In this document: positions 1 through 8,019 of the stretch, piece by piece
How the letters are laid out: each line of letters starts with the position of its first letter
How positions within the stretch are numbered: the stretch's first letter is position 1
Position numbers and translations under genes: made by a program
From: a virus
Virus record (IMG/VR): IMGVR_UViG_3300038701_001420
Location: 1 to 37,506 of that record
Reading direction: 5' to 3' (one strand)
Length of the DNA stretch: 37,506 bases
Notes under the pieces: generated by a model
Database searches by the model: none
Seen by the model: only the letters and a program-made list of their open reading frames with translations
What the model was told of the DNA's origin: nothing

Positions 1-127
1 CCCCTGAAAAAAAGCCAGAAGAAAAAGGCACAATAGAAGTTCCCAAAGAAAAATGGGATCAAATGTATGCCCGCACAAAGTCAGCCGAAGAGGAATTGAA
101 AGAATTCAAAGAAGCTGAAAAAAAGCG
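1..127. repeat. Terminal direct repeat, left copy (identical to 37380..37506); circular-assembly overlap or terminal redundancy
   Basis: Base-by-base comparison: window 1..127 equals 37380..37506 (offset 37379). Confidence 0.95.
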
Positions 128-566
128 TGCAGAAGAAAAAGCCTTAGAAGATGGAAAGTATCAAGAAGTTATTGATGGTCTCAAATCGACAAATGGTGAA
201 TTGCTTGAAAAGGCAGGCTCACTTGAAGCGATGGAAGGAACCCTTAATAAATATCTTGAAGCCGAAATGGCCAAAGTCGATGAGACTAAAAGGGGTCTGA
301 TACCGGAGAATTTCACTACTCAACAAAAGCTAGATTACATTGTTCAAAATCAATCCTTCCTATACTCTGCTGCTGCCAAAGAAAACAGTGTCACCCCTGG
401 TCTTCCTAAGTCGGAAAACGAGATGGCATTGAATGAATTGGAAAAAGCAAAGAATAGAATTGAAGAATTGAAAAAGAAGCGCAATGAAACTGGGCATCTG
501 TCCGGTGTTGAGCAAAGTGAAGTTTCAAGATTATCACGAATGATTTCTGCCGCGTCTAATCAATAG
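3..566 (+). CDS. Scaffolding-like protein, C-terminal part (gene starts at ATG 37268 and crosses the window junction; 225 aa in the circular genome)
   Basis: The frame is open from the window edge, so track ORF 63..566 is an edge-truncated view. Charged helical sequence (EELKEFKEAEKKRAEEKALEDGK, ELEKAKNRIEELKKKRNE). Lies between the MuF-like gene and the capsid gene. Confidence 0.7.
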   Translation, partial: PEKKPEEKGTIEVPKEKWDQMYARTKSAEEELKEFKEAEKKRAEEKALEDGKYQEVIDGLKSTNGELLEKAGSLEAMEGTLNKYLEAEMAKVDETKRGLIPENFTTQQKLDYIVQNQSFLYSAAAKENSVTPGLPKSENEMALNELEKAKNRIEELKKKRNETGHLSGVEQSEVSRLSRMISAASNQ

Positions 567-608
567 ACTGAAGGGAGCATAGCTTTATTTAATTAATAGA
601 TTAAAGTT

Positions 609-1769
609 ATGCCTTTAACTACTACAGTTGGTAAGTACGCAACTTACGATAGTGCTTTCCTCGATGAGGAAGTAAAAGGTTTTGCTATGATGGTTGAGCC
701 TCGCTTGACTACTACTTGGGATTTGTTCCCCGAGGAAAAAATGGCTGAAACCCAAAAAATTAAATGGTACGATGCAGTCACTAACTCTCTTGAGGGTGTT
801 GTTCGTGCTGACGGTTGGAATAACGCTGATACAACCGGTCTTGAAATCACAAACGAAACTGCTGACATTATCAATGTCGGTGATGAAATTCGTGTGAATG
901 ATGAATGGATGGTAGTGAGCGCAGTTGACAGAACTGTTGACGCTGCTGAAATCAGTGTATTTGCTCGTGGTCATGGTGGTACAACTCCGGCTGCTCATGC
1001 TGCCGATGATGTTATCTACATCGTAGGTTCTGCTCACGTTGAGGGAACTGTTGATGGGGATGCTATCTTGGAAGACAACGTAGAGAAAATCAACTACTGT
1101 CAAATCCTAGAGGAACCAATTAGTGTGACTAAAACATCCAAGAATCAGAAGTACGAAGACGTGCCTGACAAAATGGATGAAGCTCGTAAAAAAGCTATGA
1201 GCCGTGCGCTCCGAAAGCTGAACAACTCTTGTTTGTTTGGTGTGGCTGACGCAGGTTCAAAAACCCTTCCACGTTCTACTGGTGGTATTCGTTTCTTCCT
1301 TGCCGGAAGTGCGGACAACATCAATGTGAATGCTGCTGGGCCTTTCACTGAAGCAATCCTTAAGAGTACTCTTTTGCTTGTTGCTAAACGTGGTGGGACT
1401 CCTGATGTTATCCTTTGCTCTGCTGACGTGAAAAGTGTTATCAACGGATTCAATTCAACTGCTTCTGCTGGTGTTCAAACTCGTGTTGATCGCCTTGAAA
1501 AAGTTGCTGGAACTCTTGTTGACTTCTATGAAGGTGAAGCTGTTGGTCGCCTTGCGATCTTCGCTGATCCTTTGCTTCGTCATGCACATGGTGAAGCCTA
1601 CATCTTGAACACAAAGAAAATGGGCAAGATGTGGTTTAAAGATGACACTCTACGCTATGCTCCTGAACCGGGGAATAGCCGAACCTTTGAAGAAACTCTT
1701 CAAGGTCAGTTCACTTTGAAGCTCAAAGATACAGCGACAGATTTCGCGCGTATCTATGGAATCACCTAG
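609..1769 (+). CDS. Major capsid protein (HK97-fold inferred from synteny)
   Basis: 386-aa ORF directly after the scaffold-like gene, followed by the clearest intrinsic terminator in the window. Family not verified. Confidence 0.75.
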   Translation: MPLTTTVGKYATYDSAFLDEEVKGFAMMVEPRLTTTWDLFPEEKMAETQKIKWYDAVTNSLEGVVRADGWNNADTTGLEITNETADIINVGDEIRVNDEWMVVSAVDRTVDAAEISVFARGHGGTTPAAHAADDVIYIVGSAHVEGTVDGDAILEDNVEKINYCQILEEPISVTKTSKNQKYEDVPDKMDEARKKAMSRALRKLNNSCLFGVADAGSKTLPRSTGGIRFFLAGSADNINVNAAGPFTEAILKSTLLLVAKRGGTPDVILCSADVKSVINGFNSTASAGVQTRVDRLEKVAGTLVDFYEGEAVGRLAIFADPLLRHAHGEAYILNTKKMGKMWFKDDTLRYAPEPGNSRTFEETLQGQFTLKLKDTATDFARIYGIT

Positions 1770-1780
1770 ATTCTTTAATT

Positions 1781-1816
1781 CTCGGGGCCTCGCTAGTCGG
1801 GGCCTTGAGTTTTTAT
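1781..1816 (+). terminator. Rho-independent terminator after the capsid gene
   Basis: CTCGGGGCCTCG / CGGGGCCTTGAG forms a 12-bp stem (three G-U pairs) with loop CTAGT, followed by TTTTTAT. Confidence 0.75.
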
Positions 1817-1838
1817 AAAATTAATTACAACTAAAACT

Positions 1839-2312
1839 ATGAAAGTATTCGTCAAAGCCAGCGCAATCGCTGCCGATCAATTCACTGTACTACCTCACGG
1901 TGTTGTTTATATCAATGAAGAGCTAGAGCCTAGACTTGCAAAAAGAACGGCTATGCTTATTCAAAAATTCCCAGATGACATTTGTCTTTATAAAGGGAAT
2001 GAAGCAGGGCTTGATATTCGTGGAAGTCGAAACAAGCAACTTGATGATGAAGCTGAGGCTGAAGCACAAAAGATTTTAGATGAAGCGAAAGGAGAAAAAG
2101 CTAATGCTGAAGCAGAAGAAAAAAAGAAAGCAGAGGCAGAAGCCAAAGCTAAAAAAGAAGCTGAAGAATTAGCTAAGAAAGAGGCCGAAGAAAAGGCAAA
2201 GGCAGAAGCAGAGGCTAAAGAAAAAGCTGAAGCTGAAGCTAATCCAGCAGAACAAAAAGAAAACAAAACAGGAGAAAAGGCCAGCGCTCCAAAACAAAGC
2301 CGGGCCAAGTAA
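1839..2312 (+). CDS. Hypothetical head-module protein with Ala/Glu/Lys-rich low-complexity C-terminal half
   Basis: 157-aa ORF with ATG start. The C-terminal half is KAEAEAKAKKEAEE-type repeats. The antisense ORF 1988..2308 is a mirror artefact of this repeat. Confidence 0.65.
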   Translation: MKVFVKASAIAADQFTVLPHGVVYINEELEPRLAKRTAMLIQKFPDDICLYKGNEAGLDIRGSRNKQLDDEAEAEAQKILDEAKGEKANAEAEEKKKAEAEAKAKKEAEELAKKEAEEKAKAEAEAKEKAEAEANPAEQKENKTGEKASAPKQSRAK

Positions 2313-2330
2313 TTTTAACCATTTCTAATT

Positions 2331-2645
2331 ATGGAATCAGAAAAAAATAGCCCGAGAAGGGTTGCTTCTTCTGGTGGCCTACCTGTTCATTTGAATGGTA
2401 CGGCTACAACTACCCCTGCCGATGTAGACATTGCAGCAGGCGGTGTAAAGAAGTTGAGTACTGGTATTATGATTCAAAATCGTGATACGACCGGTACAAA
2501 TGATCTTGAGGTCTCTCTTGATGGTGGGGCAGACTTTTTTACTATTGAATACGGTACGCCGTTGTTTCTGCCTGTTTGCGCTGAAACAATTACCATTCAA
2601 TCAAGTGCAAGCACAGTTGATTATGAAATAATTGCAACCTACTAA
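2331..2645 (+). CDS. Hypothetical small beta-rich structural protein
   Basis: 104-aa ORF packed between neighbours. Its sequence style (IMIQNRDTTGTNDLEVSLDGG..TITIQSSASTVDYEII) resembles the C-terminal domain of the next gene. Confidence 0.6.
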   Translation: MESEKNSPRRVASSGGLPVHLNGTATTTPADVDIAAGGVKKLSTGIMIQNRDTTGTNDLEVSLDGGADFFTIEYGTPLFLPVCAETITIQSSASTVDYEIIATY

Positions 2646-2648
2646 AAC

Positions 2649-3494
2649 ATGCTGCCCTACGAAAGCAATCTTCCAATTAGGGTTATAGTGTTTGATGTTA
2701 ATGGTGATCCTGTGACTTTCGGAGGTGGCGGAGGGGGTGGGGATGTAAACGTCTTGAACTTTCCTGAGAGCTATCCGCTACCAGATGATCAAGTCCTTGC
2801 TCTTACCCCCCCAGCTGCCATTACTGGATTTTCTACCGAAGCAAAACAGGATGACACCATTACAGAATTGCAATCATTAGTTGCAAAAGATTTTGCTACC
2901 CAGACAACCTTGGCTGCTGTGCTAGCCAAACTGATTGCAACGCCTTCTACCGAAGCGAAGCAAGATGATCTAATTACAGAATTGCAAAGTTTGAATGGTG
3001 AAGATTTCGCTACTCAAACAACACTAGCTGCCATCTTGGCAAAGATCATTGCTGATCCCTCTACTGAGGCGAAACAAGATGATGTGATTACTGAATTGCA
3101 GTCTATTGATGGCAATGACTTTGCAACTCAAGCCACCCTTGCAGCTATCCTAACTAAACTGATAGCTGCCCCAGCGACAGAGGCGAAGCAAGATGACATC
3201 ATTGCAGCTTTAGGTGGGGACTCTGATACAGGCACAACCTCAACTGTAAATGACACGGCAGTCAGCACAACTCTTCTGGCTGCTAATTCAAACAGAAAAG
3301 GAGCCACATTCTACAATGACTCAACTGCCACACTTTATTTAAAGTGTGGGGCTACAGCTTCAACAACCAGCTTTATGTTGCCGGTCGAGCCAAGGGGCTA
3401 TCTCGAATTACCATTTAAATATACTGGAATCGTTGATGGCATTTGGACATCTGACACCGCAACCGGAGCTGCAAGAATAACTGAATTCACCTAA
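2649..3494 (+). CDS. Repeat-containing structural protein (poly-Gly linker, 3.3 x 38-aa tandem repeats, C-terminal beta domain)
   Basis: 281-aa ORF with a GGGGGGG linker and STEAKQDDxITELQS..DFATQTTLAAILAKxIAxP repeated in tandem. Confidence 0.7.
   Translation: MLPYESNLPIRVIVFDVNGDPVTFGGGGGGGDVNVLNFPESYPLPDDQVLALTPPAAITGFSTEAKQDDTITELQSLVAKDFATQTTLAAVLAKLIATPSTEAKQDDLITELQSLNGEDFATQTTLAAILAKIIADPSTEAKQDDVITELQSIDGNDFATQATLAAILTKLIAAPATEAKQDDIIAALGGDSDTGTTSTVNDTAVSTTLLAANSNRKGATFYNDSTATLYLKCGATASTTSFMLPVEPRGYLELPFKYTGIVDGIWTSDTATGAARITEFT
2832..3209 (+). repeat. In-frame tandem repeat, 114-bp unit (2832-2945, 2946-3059, 3060-3173, partial 3174-3209)
   Basis: Repeat boundaries counted from the translated 38-aa units. 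The copies diverge at a few residues. Confidence 0.9.
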
Positions 3495-3495
3495 G

Positions 3496-4116
3496 ATGCC
3501 ATACTTCCCGCCATCACCGACTTTTGAACTTGTTGAGGACACCAGTCCTCAGCTTGGTGGTAATCTTGATTTGAATGGGTTCGATATTCCAGACAAGCAA
3601 GATGAAGATGGGAATCTAACAGCTCTAGCTGGATTGAGTTCAGGCATTGATAGGCTTCCATATTTCAACGGATTCGAGTCAATGAGCTATACGACTTTGA
3701 CCTCATTTATTCGAACCCTTTTAAATGATTCCAATGCTGAAGCAGCTCGCGACACGCTGGATATTGAGGAGGGGACTTACACGCCCACATTTACAAACAC
3801 AGCGAATGTTTCATCATTTGGAACGGTTAACTCTGCTAGCTATATGCGAGTGGGTGACATGGTCACTGTTTCCGGACGTGTTTATATCAACCCAATTTCA
3901 GCAAACATCAACACACAATTTAGAATGACACTGCCCATTTCAACAACCTTTTCTCTGTTTGCAGAGCTTGGGGGCGTCTTCTATTCAAAAAATTCTCAGT
4001 CTCTGGGTGGAGCCATCCTAGCCGATACTACCTACGAACAAGCCAGATTTCAGTACATAAATACATCGGAAATTTATGGGCGGGAATTTGCCTTTATTTA
4101 TATGTATCGTCTATAA
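3496..4116 (+). CDS. Fibre-like protein (tail-fibre-type N-terminal motifs) encoded in the head module
   Basis: DTSPQLGGNLDLNGFDI and LTALAGLSSGIDRLPYFNG..TTLTSFIRTLLNDSNAEAARDTLDI resemble conserved N-terminal segments of phage fibre proteins. The C-terminal GTYTPTFTN.. domain looks beta-rich. Confidence 0.5.
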   Translation: MPYFPPSPTFELVEDTSPQLGGNLDLNGFDIPDKQDEDGNLTALAGLSSGIDRLPYFNGFESMSYTTLTSFIRTLLNDSNAEAARDTLDIEEGTYTPTFTNTANVSSFGTVNSASYMRVGDMVTVSGRVYINPISANINTQFRMTLPISTTFSLFAELGGVFYSKNSQSLGGAILADTTYEQARFQYINTSEIYGREFAFIYMYRL

Positions 4117-4119
4117 ACT

Positions 4120-4509
4120 ATGTTAATTCAATTTGCAAATTCAACCACCGTCAGCAGTGAAGCAATCGTTTCTATTAAGTATGTGAATGCTGAATGGTGT
4201 ATAAAATTATCGAATGGGTATGAAGTGGGTTTGGCCGAAGGTGAATTTGAATGGCTGATGACCATCGACGGAAACCTTCTAAAAATAAATGATGAGTTGG
4301 CGCTTAGTGTCAAATCCATAATCATGTTCGAAGAGAATGAAGACGGGTATTTAATCGGTTGGGTAGGTGAGCCGCCAATCGAAATATCTCAAGAGAAGGG
4401 TGTATTATTTAAAGAATTTCTTTCATCAAAGCAGCAGCACATTGTTCTGGCGGATCGCATCGCCTACCTCGAAGAGAATGATGTGCCTGTTAAAATCAAT
4501 ACTTTATAG
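4120..4509 (+). CDS. Hypothetical protein
   Basis: 129-aa ORF with ATG start, tightly packed with its neighbours. Confidence 0.6.
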   Translation: MLIQFANSTTVSSEAIVSIKYVNAEWCIKLSNGYEVGLAEGEFEWLMTIDGNLLKINDELALSVKSIIMFEENEDGYLIGWVGEPPIEISQEKGVLFKEFLSSKQQHIVLADRIAYLEENDVPVKINTL

Positions 4510-4518
4510 GTATAATTA
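4510..4518 (+). promoter_or_regulatory. GTATAATTA promoter element (-10 TATAAT 4511-4516), 6 nt before ATG 4523
   Basis: Exact copy of a 9-mer found in five intergenic positions. The spacing puts the predicted start site on the A of the ATG. Confidence 0.45.
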
Positions 4519-4522
4519 AACC

Positions 4523-5317
4523 ATGAACAACTACATTCAAAACGAAGTAATCACAGGTGATGGATCAGAAACGGATTTCACCCTTGTCAACAATTTCAAA
4601 GCAGGGACTTTGAAGATCGTATATAATGGAAAGCTTTTTTATGACTTCCGTGAGTCGTCTCTTGATGGTGAGAATAATAAAGTTATTTTCGATTATGCTC
4701 CTGAAGCCGAGGATTCAATCACTGTGAATTACTACAAACGATCTGAGCCAAACACTAGGAATGCAATCAGATATATTACTGTTCGTCAGGTTAAACAAAG
4801 AAGCAGGGTGGCCACATTGGTCAATGAAGCAGATGCCAATGTTGAAAAAATGATTCGTGAGGTGGAGCGTTACATTGATGTTGTTTGTGGTTACTGGAAA
4901 AGATATTACGACTCTGAGGCCAGTACAACCATTGGGACTTCTCAGCTCTTAATGTTCCCTCGGGTGAGAGATGACAATGAAGATGAAATTGCTTCACCTA
5001 CTGCTTACCCGCCAATACCGGATCGCGTCACTCAAGCAGCTCTGTATGGTCTTGAAAATGTGTTTCTGATGGGTGCGCCTTCTGAAGTGGACTTGGGTGA
5101 AGAAGTTATGGAGAGTGAAAAGCTTGGAGACTACACCTATAAAAAGCAGACTCAGGGCGCCGGCAATATGAATGAAACGCTTTACGCCCAAAGGTTCTTG
5201 GGGGGTCGCGCCGTTTCAATGCTTAGGGGCTATGTCAAAAGCTATGGTCAATTAAAGATTCAAACTAGAATTCCAAACTCTAGAATGAACAGCCGAAAAA
5301 GATTTCTTTCAAAATAA
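4523..5317 (+). CDS. Putative head-tail connector/adaptor with N-terminal Ig-like-looking domain
   Basis: 264 aa. The N-terminus reads GDGSETDFTL..LKIVYNG..VIFDYAPEAEDSITVNYY. The central IRYITVRQVKQRS..EADANVEKMIREVERYIDV resembles gp6-type connector proteins. Synteny supports the call. Confidence 0.4.
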   Translation: MNNYIQNEVITGDGSETDFTLVNNFKAGTLKIVYNGKLFYDFRESSLDGENNKVIFDYAPEAEDSITVNYYKRSEPNTRNAIRYITVRQVKQRSRVATLVNEADANVEKMIREVERYIDVVCGYWKRYYDSEASTTIGTSQLLMFPRVRDDNEDEIASPTAYPPIPDRVTQAALYGLENVFLMGAPSEVDLGEEVMESEKLGDYTYKKQTQGAGNMNETLYAQRFLGGRAVSMLRGYVKSYGQLKIQTRIPNSRMNSRKRFLSK

Positions 5318-5323
5318 ATAATA

Positions 5324-5659
5324 ATGAGCTTCACATCTCTTTTAAATCGACAGGGTTCTCAATCCAGATATACAGAAACACAGAATTCATTTGGTGAAGA
5401 GGAAAAAACATGGCAGGTTATTCAGGCCGATTTTAAATGCAGAGTTCAAAAAACAGATATTAACCAAAGAAATATTGACTTGGTGAAAGGAGGGATAGGT
5501 TCGTATGTTCTGGCGGACTATACAATCTACGCACTGCCCGAAGAGGATGTGATTGATAATGATGAGATCACGGTCGATGGCGTGAAGTACAAAGTATTGA
5601 AAGCTCAAAAGGATTCCTCTCAGCACCACTGGGAACTTAAATGTGAAATCGTAAACTAA
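5324..5659 (+). CDS. Putative head-closure / head-tail joining protein
   Basis: 111 aa, first of a TAATG-coupled chain (5324-6416). Size and position fit an SPP1 gp16-like protein. Confidence 0.5.
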   Translation: MSFTSLLNRQGSQSRYTETQNSFGEEEKTWQVIQADFKCRVQKTDINQRNIDLVKGGIGSYVLADYTIYALPEEDVIDNDEITVDGVKYKVLKAQKDSSQHHWELKCEIVN

Positions 5660-5994
5660 TGTCTGTAATCTACACAAACAAATTTGAAGAGGTGGCTAAT
5701 GCAATTGGCAAAGGGGTTGCAGATGGCTTGAAGGATGGTGCTGAATTGTTGGCAACAAACATTGCCAAAAACACCCCGGTACTTACCGGTAACCTTCGAG
5801 CAGAAATTAGTCCAACTGGGCAAGTCATACGATCTGGAACCAATTATAAAACCGCTGTTGAAACCAAAGTTGAGTATGCCCCATTCGTTGAATACGGGAC
5901 TAGTAGAATGAAACCGCGTGGGATGTTTCGAAAAGGTGCGGATGAGAGCGCCAGACCAATTCTAAATTTACTTACTAACCGTCTACCTAAATAA
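5659..5994 (+). CDS. HK97 gp10-like neck/tail-completion protein
   Basis: VEYAPFVEYGT resembles the conserved E-x-G-T motif of the HK97 gp10 family. TAATG overlaps on both sides. Confidence 0.6.
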   Translation: MSVIYTNKFEEVANAIGKGVADGLKDGAELLATNIAKNTPVLTGNLRAEISPTGQVIRSGTNYKTAVETKVEYAPFVEYGTSRMKPRGMFRKGADESARPILNLLTNRLPK

Positions 5995-6416
5995 TGGCCA
6001 ACATACAAGAAGCACTTTTCAGCGCCCTAAAAGATGATCCAGCTATTTCAACGAAGACTGATGCAGGTGGTGGGAAGTATCATATTTATCCAATTCGAGT
6101 ACCAGACAAAGCACTCAAAGAAGGGGCCGACTTTTATGTTAGCTTTGGCCAAGTAAGCAATCTTCCAAATTTAAAATTTATCGATGTTCAACTTCCCCTT
6201 TTTCAAATTAATGCTATCGCTAAAAAATACTCCGATGCTGTTGATTTGAAAAATGACATCATTGCTTTGCTTGATAGATTCAAGGGCGATCTGGCCAATC
6301 TGAGAAAAATAAAGTATACTTATAGTGTTAATGACTTTGAATCAAGAGACCCCGATAATGATCTTTATTACTTTCCAATAGAAATCAGATTTAAATATTT
6401 TGGGGACAATGTTTAA
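5994..6416 (+). CDS. Putative tail terminator / tail-completion protein
   Basis: 140 aa, positioned between the gp10-like gene and the major tail gene. Confidence 0.45.
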   Translation: MANIQEALFSALKDDPAISTKTDAGGGKYHIYPIRVPDKALKEGADFYVSFGQVSNLPNLKFIDVQLPLFQINAIAKKYSDAVDLKNDIIALLDRFKGDLANLRKIKYTYSVNDFESRDPDNDLYYFPIEIRFKYFGDNV

Positions 6417-6433
6417 AACTAACCTTTAAAATC

Positions 6434-6742
6434 ATGACTGAAGAAATTGATAATCAAACACAAGAAGAAACTCCTGATGATGTTCTGCCTGAACAAGCTG
6501 AACCAATGCCTGATGTCGATGAGATGGTTGAACAGGAGCCTAAAAAAAAGAAAAGAAGGAAAAGAAAATCGAAAACAAAAACTGCTGAAAAAAAAGAAGA
6601 CGGAAAATTAAAACTAAGAGCATTGAGGAACTTCATGCTCTGGGATGGCACAATGGCAAGAGAAGGCGAAGTTGTGGATGTCCCTGAAACCTATGCTAAA
6701 AGATTACTTACACACACACCCAAAGCCTTTGAAAGGGCTTAA
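6434..6742 (+). CDS. Hypothetical protein, acidic N-terminus followed by a Lys/Arg tract
   Basis: 102 aa containing EPKKKKRRKRKSKTKTAEKKEDGK. Confidence 0.55.
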   Translation: MTEEIDNQTQEETPDDVLPEQAEPMPDVDEMVEQEPKKKKRRKRKSKTKTAEKKEDGKLKLRALRNFMLWDGTMAREGEVVDVPETYAKRLLTHTPKAFERA

Positions 6743-6767
6743 ATTTATTTCCATAAAGCTTTAAGCT

Positions 6768-7544
6768 ATGCCTCAAACCAGTATACAGAAGCAGAGTTCA
6801 ATCCGCTTTGGATCAACTAAATTAGAAGTCGGAGCCGACACTCTAAGTTTGGTTAACCTTGGTGCTCTTCGTGGTATGTCTTTCAACCAAAAGGTTGAGA
6901 ACGTTGTCATTCCTTTTGACAATACCGAGAACATCAAGAAATTCAAAAAGGGCCTCACTGCTTCTTTCACTTTCCAATTGGCTGAGTTCGACATGACAAC
7001 CTACAGCATCATTGATGATGGGTTGGTTATTCTAGGGACTACAGCAGGCGTTCTCGTCCCCGGTGCTGAGCAAGTTGTTCTTGATGGTGCTTGGTCTTTC
7101 AATAGTCCAGTAATCATTGAGAATCAAAACGGTGATGGCACTGTCATCACTGTCAACTCTGTAACCGGTTCAGTCGATGGTGTATTGGCTGCTGGTGATG
7201 ACTACTTTGTCGGTCTTGACGGACAAGGTAATAGTGTTGTCACAATAGTCGATGGTACTAATGCTACCACCGAAGCCCAAGACCTTACCATTGATTACGA
7301 TTACACTCCAAACGCAAGTAAGGATGTAACATTCAATGACTTTGGAACCAAAGTTGAAAAAGTGGCTCGTATCACAAATACGGATGAAAACGGAAAACGT
7401 TTCATCGTTGATTTGTCAAACGTGACAAACATCACTCCCACCACTGTACCTTTCTTGGCTGATGAAGCAGATGATGTTTCAACAGTTGAAATTGAGCTAG
7501 AGGGAACCATTGTTTCTATCACTGATGAACAATCAGTTGTCTAG
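6768..7544 (+). CDS. Putative major tail protein
   Basis: 258 aa, immediately upstream of the chaperone pair and tape measure, and followed by a stem-loop. Confidence 0.6.
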   Translation: MPQTSIQKQSSIRFGSTKLEVGADTLSLVNLGALRGMSFNQKVENVVIPFDNTENIKKFKKGLTASFTFQLAEFDMTTYSIIDDGLVILGTTAGVLVPGAEQVVLDGAWSFNSPVIIENQNGDGTVITVNSVTGSVDGVLAAGDDYFVGLDGQGNSVVTIVDGTNATTEAQDLTIDYDYTPNASKDVTFNDFGTKVEKVARITNTDENGKRFIVDLSNVTNITPTTVPFLADEADDVSTVEIELEGTIVSITDEQSVV

Positions 7545-7559
7545 TTAAAAATTATTCAT

Positions 7560-7582
7560 GAGGGGTGGGCAAGCCACCCCTC
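7560..7582 (+). other. GC-rich stem-loop after the major tail gene (no U-tract)
   Basis: GAGGGGTGG / CCACCCCTC forms a 9-bp stem with loop GCAAG. It is not followed by a T-run, so it may be a partial terminator or an RNA-stability element. Confidence 0.5.
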
Positions 7583-7602
7583 CCTTGTAACCCATCAATA
7601 TT

Positions 7603-8019
7603 ATGATTAATGTTATTGAAGAAGATAATGGTGTTCGAATGCTCGATGTCGAAACCTATCTAAACACTTTTCAAAAAGTGAAAATCAGCAAAGACCTAAC
7701 TCTTCGAGTTGGGAAAATTACAGTTGAGCAAATGGCCAAAACAAAAGCCCTTGGTCAAGAGCTAAAAGCAAAGCAAAAAGAAGTTGAGGAAAAGGGCGAA
7801 ACCCTTGATGAGTCAATTCTCTATGACAATATCGTTGATCAAATGATGGTTGTTTTGGAGGGTAACAACCCAGAACTTGAAAGAAGTCAGTTGGCTGGTT
7901 TACCACCTGCTGCTATTAATCAAGTCTTCAAGTTTCTTCTAAAGGAAGGAATGGGTTTAGGAGAGGGGCTTGGCAACTCCACGGCGGAAGTGGCGGTGAA
8001 TGCGACTACTACCGCTTAG
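7603..8019 (+). CDS. Tail assembly chaperone (G-like, short product)
   Basis: 138 aa directly upstream of the tape measure. Contains a slippery heptamer near its 3' end. Confidence 0.7.
   Translation: MINVIEEDNGVRMLDVETYLNTFQKVKISKDLTLRVGKITVEQMAKTKALGQELKAKQKEVEEKGETLDESILYDNIVDQMMVVLEGNNPELERSQLAGLPPAAINQVFKFLLKEGMGLGEGLGNSTAEVAVNATTTA
7953..7959 (+). other. Programmed -1 ribosomal frameshift site G GGT TTA
   Basis: Zero-frame codons are GGT (7954) and TTA (7957), preceded by G7953. The -1 frame is open from 7920 to 8267. Confidence 0.7.

Noticed and set aside
615-1103. Long antisense or alternate-frame ORFs inside large genes, for example 615-1103 (-), 8486-8902 (-), 10641-10919 (-), 11923-12291 (-), 33740-34051 (-) and 23661-24162 (+).
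   Set aside because: They lie wholly inside well-supported genes on the other strand or frame. Their composition is low-complexity or Cys/Ser/Phe-rich noise, and they break the otherwise strict strand blocks.
2832-3209. Regular repeats that could be mistaken for a CRISPR array or a DGR template/variable pair.
   Set aside because: The repeats are contiguous with no spacers, in frame and translated as a 38-aa unit. The window contains no cas genes and no reverse transcriptase.
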